A stretch of 64,000 bases of DNA from Arenicellales bacterium (GTDB lineage: Bacteria > Pseudomonadota > Gammaproteobacteria > Arenicellales > JAANXG01), in NCBI GenBank assembly GCA_049583715.1, contig JBAUWJ010000190.1:16242-80241 (forward strand). Reading direction: 5' to 3'. The notes below the pieces were generated by a model. That model was not told the DNA's origin. It did no database searches and saw only the letters and a program-made list of their open reading frames with translations. Of the stretch, positions 56,387 through 64,000 are shown in pieces. Numbering within the stretch: position 1 is the stretch's first letter; every line of letters begins with the position of its first letter. Position numbers and translations under genes: made by a program.

Positions 56387-58040
56387 AAACCTGTTCCTTG
56401 AAGGGCTGAATGCCGACCCGCTCGTAGGTGTCGATGAAGCGCTCACCCGCCTCGCGCCGGCCGATGTAAACGTTGAGAATCTGCTCGATGGTGTCGGCCA
56501 CCGCCTCCTTGGGGACGCTCGGCCCGATGCGGTCGCCGATCGCCGCGGCGTCATCGGCGCGGCCGCCGAGGGTGATCTGGTACCACTCCTCACCATGCTT
56601 ATCGACACCCAGGATGCCGATGTGTCCGGCGTGATGGTGGCCGCAGGCGTTCATGCAGCCGGACATCTTGAGCTGGATGCCGCCGATGTCGTAGAGGCGG
56701 TCCAGCCGGTCGAATCTCTCGTTGATCTGCCGGGCGATCGGTATGGACCCGGCGTTGGCGAGCGAGCAGAAATCGAGGCCCGGGCAGCAGATCATGTCGT
56801 TCAAGGTGCCGATGTTCGGCGTCGCGAGACGCTGCTTGTCCAGCTCTCGCCAGACCTTGACGACATCTTCCTGGCGGACCCAGGCGAGCACCAGGTTCTG
56901 GTCGTGCGTGCTGCGGATCTCGTCGCGGCTGTAGCGCTCGGCGATGTCGGCGACGGCGCGCATCTGGGCCGAGGTGATATCGCCCGGCGGCACGCCGGGC
57001 TCCTTGAGGGACACCACGACGACCCGGTAGCCGGCGTGCCGATGCTCGATGGTGTTCTGCCGGTACCAGTTGGCGAAGCGCGTATCCAGCATCCAGCGCT
57101 CGATCTGGCGGGTATCGGCCGTGGTGCCGTCGGCGGGGCCGCGCGCGCCGCCGCCGAAGAAGCGGGCTACGGTCTCGATTTCCTCCGGTCCGAGCTCGAG
57201 GGACTCGCCGCCGGCGAGCATGCCTTGCCACTCCTGCTCGACACGCTCCCGGAAGGCGTCGATACCGACGGCGTTGACCAGTATCTTGATGCGCGCCTTG
57301 TGCAGGTTGTCGCGCCGGCCGAGCAGGTTGTAGACCCTGAGCGTCGCTTCGATGTAGGAGAGCAGGTGGCGGCGCGGCAGGAACTCGCGCATCAGCTTGC
57401 CCACCACCGGGGTGCGCCCCATGCCGCCACCGACCCAGACCTGGAAGCCGGGCTCGCCCTTCTCACCGGCAACGATGCGCAGGCCGATGTCGTGAAAGCG
57501 GATCGCGGCCCGGTCGTGAGCGCCGCCCGTCACGGCGATCTTGAACTTGCGCGGCAGCCACGAGAACTCGGGGTGCAGCGTGGACCACTGGCGGATGATC
57601 TCGCAGTAGGGACGCGGGTCCTCGACTTCATCCGCGGCGACACCGGCGAGGTGGTCGGCGGTGACGTTGCGCACGCAGTTGCCGCTGGTCTGTATGGCGT
57701 GCATGTCGACGTCCGCCAGTTCTTGTAGAATGTCGGGAACGTCCTCGAGCGCCGGCCAGTTGTATTGTATGTTCTGGCGCGTCGTGAAGTGGCCGAGGCC
57801 CCGGTCGTAGGTGTCGGCGATCCGGGCCAGGGTGCGAAGCTGCCTGGAATCGAGTACACCGTAAGGAATCGCCACGCGCAGCATGTAGGCGTGGCGCTGG
57901 AGGTACAGACCGTTCCTCAGGCGAAGCTGCTTGAACTCATCGTCGGTGAGCTCCCCGTTCAGGTATCGATCGACCTGCCCGCGAAATTGCCGGACCCTCT
58001 GGTTGACCAGTGATCGATCGATGTCGTCGTATTGGTACAT
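56331..58040 (-). CDS. cysI: Sulfite reductase hemoprotein (siroheme/4Fe-4S), CysJ-independent Pseudomonas-type CysI
   Basis: ORF 56331..58481 trimmed to ATG 58040 (MYQYDDIDRSLVNQRVRQFRGQVDRYLNGELTDDEFKQLRLRNGLY). Segments HAIQTSGNCVRNVT and the cluster cysteines CPGLDFC...GCMNAC are present. Confidence 0.93.
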   Translation of the reverse strand: MYQYDDIDRSLVNQRVRQFRGQVDRYLNGELTDDEFKQLRLRNGLYLQRHAYMLRVAIPYGVLDSRQLRTLARIADTYDRGLGHFTTRQNIQYNWPALEDVPDILQELADVDMHAIQTSGNCVRNVTADHLAGVAADEVEDPRPYCEIIRQWSTLHPEFSWLPRKFKIAVTGGAHDRAAIRFHDIGLRIVAGEKGEPGFQVWVGGGMGRTPVVGKLMREFLPRRHLLSYIEATLRVYNLLGRRDNLHKARIKILVNAVGIDAFRERVEQEWQGMLAGGESLELGPEEIETVARFFGGGARGPADGTTADTRQIERWMLDTRFANWYRQNTIEHRHAGYRVVVVSLKEPGVPPGDITSAQMRAVADIAERYSRDEIRSTHDQNLVLAWVRQEDVVKVWRELDKQRLATPNIGTLNDMICCPGLDFCSLANAGSIPIARQINERFDRLDRLYDIGGIQLKMSGCMNACGHHHAGHIGILGVDKHGEEWYQITLGGRADDAAAIGDRIGPSVPKEAVADTIEQILNVYIGRREAGERFIDTYERVGIQPFKEQVYVPHHQSKDSRQSVLASG

Positions 58041-58152
58041 GACTGCAGTCGGCTCGAGGGCTGGATTTCGGGCAATGGTAGTGACTTTGACTAAGAAGAA
58101 AAAAGTATAAATATAAATATTGTTATAACCTTTCTTTATAAGTCCATACCGG

Positions 58153-61100
58153 ATGACTCGAGCCGCGCCCTTGGCACCGATGCCGCGCAACAACCCCGTC
58201 GACGAGTGCATGCTCCGCGACCGGGCACGTCTGGGTCGACTTCGCAAGGCCCGGAAAACAAGAGAGCTCGAGCGGCTGCTGAGTGCATCCGTGGCTTTGA
58301 GACGAGCCCGCAGGGAGGGCGTCCCGGCGCTCAGCTTCGACGAAGCTCTGCCCATCACGGCCCGGAAGACCGAGATACAGGCGGCGATTCGCGACCACCC
58401 GGTAGTCGTCGTGTGCGGAGAGACCGGCTCCGGGAAGAGCACGCAGCTCCCCAAGCTCTGCCTCGAGATCGGCCGCGGCATCGACGGCTACATCGGCCAC
58501 ACGCAGCCCCGGCGGGTCGCCGCCCGGGCCATCGCGGGCCGCCTGGCGGAGGAGCTCGGCGGCGAGGTGGGCGGCCACGCAGGGTACAAGTTCCGTTTCG
58601 CCGAAGAGCTCAGCGAGCGGAGCTATATGAAAGTACTCACGGACGGCATGCTGCTGGCGGAGCTCGAGACCGACCGGCTTCTCGAGCAATACGACACGCT
58701 GATCATCGACGAGGCCCACGAACGCTCCCTGAACATCGATTTCCTGCTGGGCTTCCTCAAAGGGCTGCTTCCCCGCCGCCCCGAGCTGCGAGTCATCATC
58801 ACCTCCGCCACCATCGATCCCGCCGGCTTTTCGAGGTTCTTCGACGACGCCCCGGTGATCGAGGTATCGGGGCGCATGTATCCGGTGGAGGTCCGGTACC
58901 GCCCCTTCGACCACCAGAATGCGGATGCCGGCGAGCGAAACCTCGAGGTCGCCCTGCTCCACGCCGTCGACGAGCTGAGCCGCGAGGGCCCGGGCGACAT
59001 CCTCGTGTTTCTGCCGGGTGAATTCGATATCCACAAGGCTGCCGGCCTGCTGCGCCGGAGGCACTACCGGAACACCGAGATCCTGCCGCTGTACGCCCGG
59101 CTCTCCACCCGCGAGCAGCAGCGGATATTCCATCCGGGCGGGGCGCGCCGGATCGTGCTGGCCACCAACGTCGCCGAAACCTCCATCACCGTGCCGGGCA
59201 TCCGCTACGTCATCGACAGCGGGCTGGCCCGCGTCAGCCGCTACCGGGCGGCCCGCCAGGTCCAGGCCCTGCCCATCGAGCCCGTCTCCAAGGCCTCGGC
59301 CAGGCAGCGGGCGGGGCGCTGCGGGCGCGAGGCCGCCGGCATCTGCATCCGCTTGTACGACGAGCAGGATTTCGAGGCCCGCGAGGAGTTCACGGCGCCG
59401 GAGGTTCAGCGCACATCCCTGGCCAGCGTGATCCTGACCATGCACAAGCTGCGTCTCGGCGAGGTGCGGGAATTCCCTTTCATCGAGCCTCCGCCCGAGC
59501 CGATGGTGAAGGCGGGCTATCGCCTGCTCGAGGAGCTGGGCGCCGTCGATGAAACGCGCGGGCTGACTCCCACCGGCGAGCGGCTCGCCCGCATCCCCGC
59601 GGACCCCAGGATCGGGCGCATGCTGCTGGCGGCGGCCGAGCACCAGTGCGCCAGCGAGGTCCTGACCATCGCCGCGGCGCTGTCCATCCAGGATCCGAGG
59701 GACTATCCGGCGGACGCGCTCGAGCGAGCGCGCCAGGCGCACGCTGCCTGGCGCCACCACAAGTCGGACTTCCTGAGCCTCCTGCTCCTGTGGGAACGCT
59801 ACCGCCGTGACACCCGGGACCTGTCCCACCGCCGGCGCGCGCGGTACTGCCGGGAGCGATACCTGTCCATAGTGCGAATGCGCGAGTGGCGCAACGTCCG
59901 GGACCAGCTCAAAGGCATCGCCCGCGAGCTGAATATCCCCCTCAACACCTCGGCGGCGCCGGAGCCGGCGGTGCACAAGGCCCTGCTCACGGGGCTGCTC
60001 GGCAACATCGCCCAGCGCCATACGGACCACGAGTACCTCGGTACCCAGGGCAAGAAGTTGTTCATCCATCCCTCCTCGTCGCTCTTCAAGGCGCGGCCCA
60101 AGTGGCTGATGTGCGCGGAGCTGGTACAGACGAGCCGACTGTACGCCCGCACCGCCGCCGCCATCGACCCTGCCTGGGTCGAGGGACCGGCCGCGCACCT
60201 CGTCAAGCGCCAGTACCTGGAACCGGCCTGGGACACGAAGCGCGGCGAGGTGGTCGCGCGCGAGCAGGTGACGCTGTTCGGCCTGACTCTGGTGAGCGGC
60301 CGAACGACGAGCTTCTCGAAGATCGACCCGACGGCGAGCCGCGAGGTGTTCATCCGCCAGGGCATCGTGACCGGCGACCTCCGCCCCCTCCCCGGATTCC
60401 TGGAGCACAACATGCGCCGGATCCGGCAGGCCGAGGAAATCGAGCAGCGCACGCGGCGTCGGGGCATCGTGATCGACGACGAGCGACTGTACGCATTCTA
60501 CGATCAGCGCCTGCCCGCGGATGTGATGGATGCCCGAAGCCTTCGGCGATGGCTCGAGCGAGCCCCGCGGGCGCAGGTCGACGCGCTGCAACTGGACGCC
60601 GAGAGCGCGCGTGCCGAGGTGGTGGACGAGGAGTATCCCAATCGCTTTCCGGATCATCTGGATCTTGACGGCAATCACCTGCCGCTCCGCTACCGGTTCG
60701 AGCCCGGCCACCCGTACGACGGTGTCACCGTCACGGTGCCGGCGCCGCTGGTGCGCCAACTTCAGCCCGAACCCCTGAGCTGGCTGGTGCCCGGCCTGCT
60801 GGCGGAGAAGATGACGGCCTTGATCAAGGGCTTGCCCAAGGCCCGCCGCCGCGGCGTCGGGCCGGCCGGCGACGCCGCGTTGCTCTGTCTCGGGCGTATG
60901 AAACCGTTAGCCGGGGAAAGTCTCCGGGACTGCATGGGGCGCACCCTGAAGGAGCACAAAGGAATCGACATTCCATCGGACGCCTGGGACGAGCAGGCGC
61001 TGCCGGCCCACCTGCGCATGAACATCGAGGTACTCGACGCGGGCGGTGAGGTCGTCGCGCACGGGCGCGATGTGGAAGACCTCCAGGGCCGGATTCCCCG

Positions 61101-62010
61101 ACCCACCGCGGAGCCGGGCGGCGGGAGCGGCGGGCGCCCGTCATGGCTGGCGAAAGGCCTGACCGACTGGAGCTTCGATGATCTGCCGGAATCCTTCGAA
61201 TACCGCCAGTCCGGCGTCCGGCTGCGCTCCTTCGTCGCCCTGCGGGACGACGGCGACAGCGTCGCCATTGCGCTCTTCGATCGCGAGGACGACGCGCGGG
61301 AAAGCATGGCCCGCGGTTTGCACCGCCTGCTCAGGCTACGCCTCGCCGCGCGCGTCAAGTACCTCGCGAAGAACCTGCCCCAGGGCCGGCGCATGTGCCT
61401 GAACTTCGCTTCCGTGGGCTCCTGCGACGCCCTGACGCAGGACATCATCGCCGCCGCCTTTGCGCGCGCCGTTCCCGCCGAGCCCTGGTCGGTGCGCTCC
61501 CGGGCGGCGTTCGAAGAGACGGTGGCGGCCGCCGGCGAGAACCTGGTTCCCGCGGCGGCACAGATCTGCCGGAGCGTCGCGCCCGCCCTGGAAGAGCTCA
61601 GGGCATGCATGAGCCGCCTGGACGACCTCCCCTCCCGCACCCGAACGGACATCGCGCAGCAGCTCGACCTGCTCGTCTTCCCGGGGTTCGTCAGCCATAC
61701 GCCGCCGGAACGGCTGAAGCACTATGAGCGCTATTTGAAAGGGGTGCGATTGCGGATCGACCGCTGCCTCAACAACCCGGAGCAGGATCTGGCGAAATTG
61801 GAAAAGATCCGTATCTTCTGGAAGCCGCTTCTGCTGGCACACCCTGCCCCGCCCGATCCCGTCCCGGCCCCGCTGTCCGACTTCCGATGGCTGCTGGAGG
61901 AGTATCGAATCTCGCTGTTCGCGCAGGAGCTCAAGACCGCACAGCCTGTCTCGGCGAAGCGTCTCGAGAACCAGTGGCGGATCTACCAGGCCTCACGACA
62001 CTCGAGTTGA
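58153..62010 (+). CDS. hrpA: ATP-dependent RNA helicase HrpA (DEAH box)
   Basis: 1285 aa. Motifs GETGSGKSTQLP, DEAHERS, SATID, TNVAETSITVPG and QRAGRCGR are present, followed by the long HrpA-type C-terminal region. Confidence 0.95.
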   Translation: MTRAAPLAPMPRNNPVDECMLRDRARLGRLRKARKTRELERLLSASVALRRARREGVPALSFDEALPITARKTEIQAAIRDHPVVVVCGETGSGKSTQLPKLCLEIGRGIDGYIGHTQPRRVAARAIAGRLAEELGGEVGGHAGYKFRFAEELSERSYMKVLTDGMLLAELETDRLLEQYDTLIIDEAHERSLNIDFLLGFLKGLLPRRPELRVIITSATIDPAGFSRFFDDAPVIEVSGRMYPVEVRYRPFDHQNADAGERNLEVALLHAVDELSREGPGDILVFLPGEFDIHKAAGLLRRRHYRNTEILPLYARLSTREQQRIFHPGGARRIVLATNVAETSITVPGIRYVIDSGLARVSRYRAARQVQALPIEPVSKASARQRAGRCGREAAGICIRLYDEQDFEAREEFTAPEVQRTSLASVILTMHKLRLGEVREFPFIEPPPEPMVKAGYRLLEELGAVDETRGLTPTGERLARIPADPRIGRMLLAAAEHQCASEVLTIAAALSIQDPRDYPADALERARQAHAAWRHHKSDFLSLLLLWERYRRDTRDLSHRRRARYCRERYLSIVRMREWRNVRDQLKGIARELNIPLNTSAAPEPAVHKALLTGLLGNIAQRHTDHEYLGTQGKKLFIHPSSSLFKARPKWLMCAELVQTSRLYARTAAAIDPAWVEGPAAHLVKRQYLEPAWDTKRGEVVAREQVTLFGLTLVSGRTTSFSKIDPTASREVFIRQGIVTGDLRPLPGFLEHNMRRIRQAEEIEQRTRRRGIVIDDERLYAFYDQRLPADVMDARSLRRWLERAPRAQVDALQLDAESARAEVVDEEYPNRFPDHLDLDGNHLPLRYRFEPGHPYDGVTVTVPAPLVRQLQPEPLSWLVPGLLAEKMTALIKGLPKARRRGVGPAGDAALLCLGRMKPLAGESLRDCMGRTLKEHKGIDIPSDAWDEQALPAHLRMNIEVLDAGGEVVAHGRDVEDLQGRIPRPTAEPGGGSGGRPSWLAKGLTDWSFDDLPESFEYRQSGVRLRSFVALRDDGDSVAIALFDREDDARESMARGLHRLLRLRLAARVKYLAKNLPQGRRMCLNFASVGSCDALTQDIIAAAFARAVPAEPWSVRSRAAFEETVAAAGENLVPAAAQICRSVAPALEELRACMSRLDDLPSRTRTDIAQQLDLLVFPGFVSHTPPERLKHYERYLKGVRLRIDRCLNNPEQDLAKLEKIRIFWKPLLLAHPAPPDPVPAPLSDFRWLLEEYRISLFAQELKTAQPVSAKRLENQWRIYQASRHSS

Positions 62011-62015
62011 TCGCA

Positions 62016-62786
62016 ATGGAAATTTTTCTGTCCAAATTCATTCCCATGTTCGTCTATCCGGTCGGCCTGGCTTTCTGTTTGCTGGTCATTGCCGCGCTGT
62101 TGATGCTGACCGGGAAACGGCGCACCGCCTGGGTCCTCGTGTTCGCTATCGTGTTGCTGATCTTCGCGGCCGGCAATGACTATACCTCCTACAAGCTGAT
62201 CCACGGCCTGGAGAGCGAGTATCCCCCCATGAAGGTCGAGGACACCCCGAAGGCGGACGTGATCGTGGTCCTCGGCGGCGGCCTGAGCCTGCCGCTTCCG
62301 CCGCGCCTGTATCCCGAGCTCAACGGAAGCTCCGACCGGCTGTTGCGCGCGCTGCGGCTGTATCGGGCCGGCAAGGCCGATCACATACTGCTCAGCGGCG
62401 GCAATGTCTTTCCGGAGCCCGGACTCGAGAGCGAGTCGTACTACGCCCGCGGCGTGCTCGAGCTGTGGGGGGTTCCGGAATCGGCGGTCGTGCTGGAAAC
62501 GAAGAGCCGCAACACCCTGCAGAACGCCGAGTACAGCGCGCCCATACTCAGGCAGCGACAGTGGCGCAAGGTGTTGCTCGTGACCTCGGCATCGCACATG
62601 CACAGGGCGGTGATGGCCTTCCACCGCGCCGGTGTGAACGTGATCCCGGTGCCGGTCGACTATATCGCGGTCAAGTCGAGCGCCCCGGAAGCGCTCGGCT
62701 GGGTGCCGAACGTCGGGGCGCTGGGGGGGACCACCTACGCGATCCACGAGTACCTCGGGCGGCTCTGGTATCGCTTGAAGCCGTAG
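62016..62786 (+). CDS. YdcF/ElyC-family (DUF218) membrane protein
   Basis: Track ORF 61887..62786 trimmed to ATG 62016, 5 nt after the hrpA stop. Two TM helices are followed by VIVVLGGG, ILLSGGN and LLVTSASHMHRA. Confidence 0.85.
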   Translation: MEIFLSKFIPMFVYPVGLAFCLLVIAALLMLTGKRRTAWVLVFAIVLLIFAAGNDYTSYKLIHGLESEYPPMKVEDTPKADVIVVLGGGLSLPLPPRLYPELNGSSDRLLRALRLYRAGKADHILLSGGNVFPEPGLESESYYARGVLELWGVPESAVVLETKSRNTLQNAEYSAPILRQRQWRKVLLVTSASHMHRAVMAFHRAGVNVIPVPVDYIAVKSSAPEALGWVPNVGALGGTTYAIHEYLGRLWYRLKP

Positions 62787-62868
62787 GAGCGGGGGCTCCC
62801 ATTCAATGCCCCGGCCGAATGTCCCGCGTCTCCCGGTGTGGGGTCAGGAACACGGTGCTTTCATGTAC

Positions 62869-62996
62869 CGCCCCCTCACCCCAGCCCTCTCCCGGAGGGA
62901 GAGGGAGTAATGTCCCCTCTCCCGCTGGCGGGTTAGGGTGAGGGTGGTTCCACGCAACGCCCCCTCACCCCGGCCCTCTCCCGGCGGGAGAGGGGG
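62869..62996. repeat. Three family D hairpin repeats in alternating orientation
   Basis: The three copies are CGCCCCCTCACCCCAGCCCTCTCCCGGAGGGAGAGGGAG, then the inverted CCCCTCTCCCGCTGGCGGGTTAGGGTGAGGGTGG, then CGCCCCCTCACCCCGGCCCTCTCCCGGCGGGAGAGGGGG. Confidence 0.85.
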
Positions 62997-63100
62997 TTAT
63001 CCTTCCATCCCTGGCGACATTCTCTTTGGCGGCATCACCGCCAACCCCCAGGTCATACCCATCCTCTGCCGACCAATCCAGCGCAGCCTCCCTGATACCA

Positions 63101-63844
63101 CTACAAGGTCCATGCCAGCCGCAAGTACCGCCGCTGCAGCTCACCGCTCGGATGTACCAGCGCGGCCACGAAGTTGTCCGTCGGATAGAGCTGGTGGATA
63201 TCCCAGCGCTCCCCGTTGACGTGGTCGTCGACCGATATCGGTGACGCGCCGCAGTCCACACACAGCTCGCGGCAGTCGAAGGGAAAGTGTATGCCGAGGC
63301 CAAGTGCCTTGCCGTATCCCTCCTTGCGAGTCCAGCAGGCCAGAAACATCCTGCGCTGCTCCTCTTCCGGCATCGCGAGCAACGCCGCCGATTCCCGGGC
63401 CGCGAATCGACGCTCGATGATCCGGCGGAAGCCGACCTCGCGGGACAGCATCTCCAGGTCGACGCCCAGCTCCCGGTTCCAGGCAAACCCGTACAGTGCG
63501 TAGCCGCCGGAATCCGTGTAGTTGAAGCACAGCTCGTCGCCGTTATGGCCCGGCGGCATCGAAGGTTTGCCCAGAGGGCCGTAGCGGAATTCCAGCTTGT
63601 CCGCAGGACGCCCGAGATAAGCCGACAACAACACCTTTAGCATCCCGCGGGCGGCCGTGAACTCCCGCTTGACGCCATCCACGCGGAAGCGACGCACCCG
63701 CTTGATCTCCCTTTCGCTCAGGAGCGTCTCCAGCGAGCTGGAAGCGAGCCGGTCCGTGTGCAGATCCTGCCACCACACGTGCACCTCCCCCGGCTCCAGG
63801 GCCGGGACCTCGTCCACCGGGTCCCAGGTGACCGGCTCGATCAT
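63101..63844 (-). CDS. Sfp/EntD-type 4'-phosphopantetheinyl transferase
   Basis: 247 aa. Segments EREIKRVRRFR, FNYTDSGGYALYGF, GVDLE and CWTRKEGYGKALG are typical of Sfp-type PPTases. Confidence 0.88.
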   Translation of the reverse strand: MIEPVTWDPVDEVPALEPGEVHVWWQDLHTDRLASSSLETLLSEREIKRVRRFRVDGVKREFTAARGMLKVLLSAYLGRPADKLEFRYGPLGKPSMPPGHNGDELCFNYTDSGGYALYGFAWNRELGVDLEMLSREVGFRRIIERRFAARESAALLAMPEEEQRRMFLACWTRKEGYGKALGLGIHFPFDCRELCVDCGASPISVDDHVNGERWDIHQLYPTDNFVAALVHPSGELQRRYLRLAWTL

Positions 63845-63868
63845 GCTCCGCCCTCCCCCGCCCGCGGG

Positions 63869-64000
63869 TCAGGCCAGGAACAGCCGATAGACCGGGTTGT
63901 CGGTTTCGTCGCTGTGGGCATATCCGAGGTCCTTCAGGAAGGCCCGGAACTGCGGCTTCTCCGCCGGCGGCACCTGGAGGCCGCACAGCACCCGCCCCAC
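63869..64000 (-). CDS. ilvA: Biosynthetic threonine dehydratase, C-terminal 43 codons (gene starts beyond position 64000)
   Basis: Manual reverse-complement translation gives ...GLQVPPAEKPQFRAFLKDLGYAHSDETDNPVYRLFLA*. This matches the conserved IlvA C-terminal regulatory-domain end (GY...DET.NPAYRLFL). Confidence 0.8.
   Translation of the reverse strand: MGRVLCGLQVPPAEKPQFRAFLKDLGYAHSDETDNPVYRLFLA

Overview
The window is a high-GC, densely coding chromosomal segment. Its gene order looks gammaproteobacterial: pepP-ubiH-ubiI with ygfB facing zapA-ssrS-5-FCL, divergent ppsR/ppsA, and exeA-gspB. I support about 58 protein-coding genes and one 6S RNA. I found no tRNA, rRNA, CRISPR array, transposase, integrase or phage genes.

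Most genes are housekeeping:
- Cofactors: hemH, nadA, folK, ubiH/ubiI.
- Translation: prfC, gluQ.
- Proteolysis: prc, sohB, pepP, an M18 aminopeptidase.
- Central carbon: ppsA/ppsR, icd, korAB.
- Sulfur assimilation: cysI/cysH.
- Others: fur, hrpA, lgt.

Many long ORFs in the six-frame track are antisense shadows of real genes, or carry spurious 5' extensions. I trimmed starts where N-terminal conservation and start/stop overlaps allowed.

Almost all non-coding space is filled by at least four families of dispersed palindromic repeats, mostly after gene 3' ends.

I do not see a clear multi-gene novel system such as a defence island. The most unusual items are:
1. An isocitrate dehydrogenase with a fused C-terminal CBS pair.
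2. A seven-gene same-strand string, cysI-DUF934-cysH-CxxC redoxin-tauE-korA-korB.
3. A tightly coupled pair of a VWA protein and a membrane J-domain protein.
4. A gene for a 52% lysine, histone H1-like protein with strong expression signals, next to a 745-bp AT-richer non-coding gap.
5. Repeat biology: a roughly 130-bp MITE-like element abutting the TAG stop codon of two genes in the same relative orientation, a composite element whose hairpin loop is flipped between copies, and a 148-bp tandem array.

All functional calls rest on motif and synteny recognition from the translated sequence. No database search was possible.
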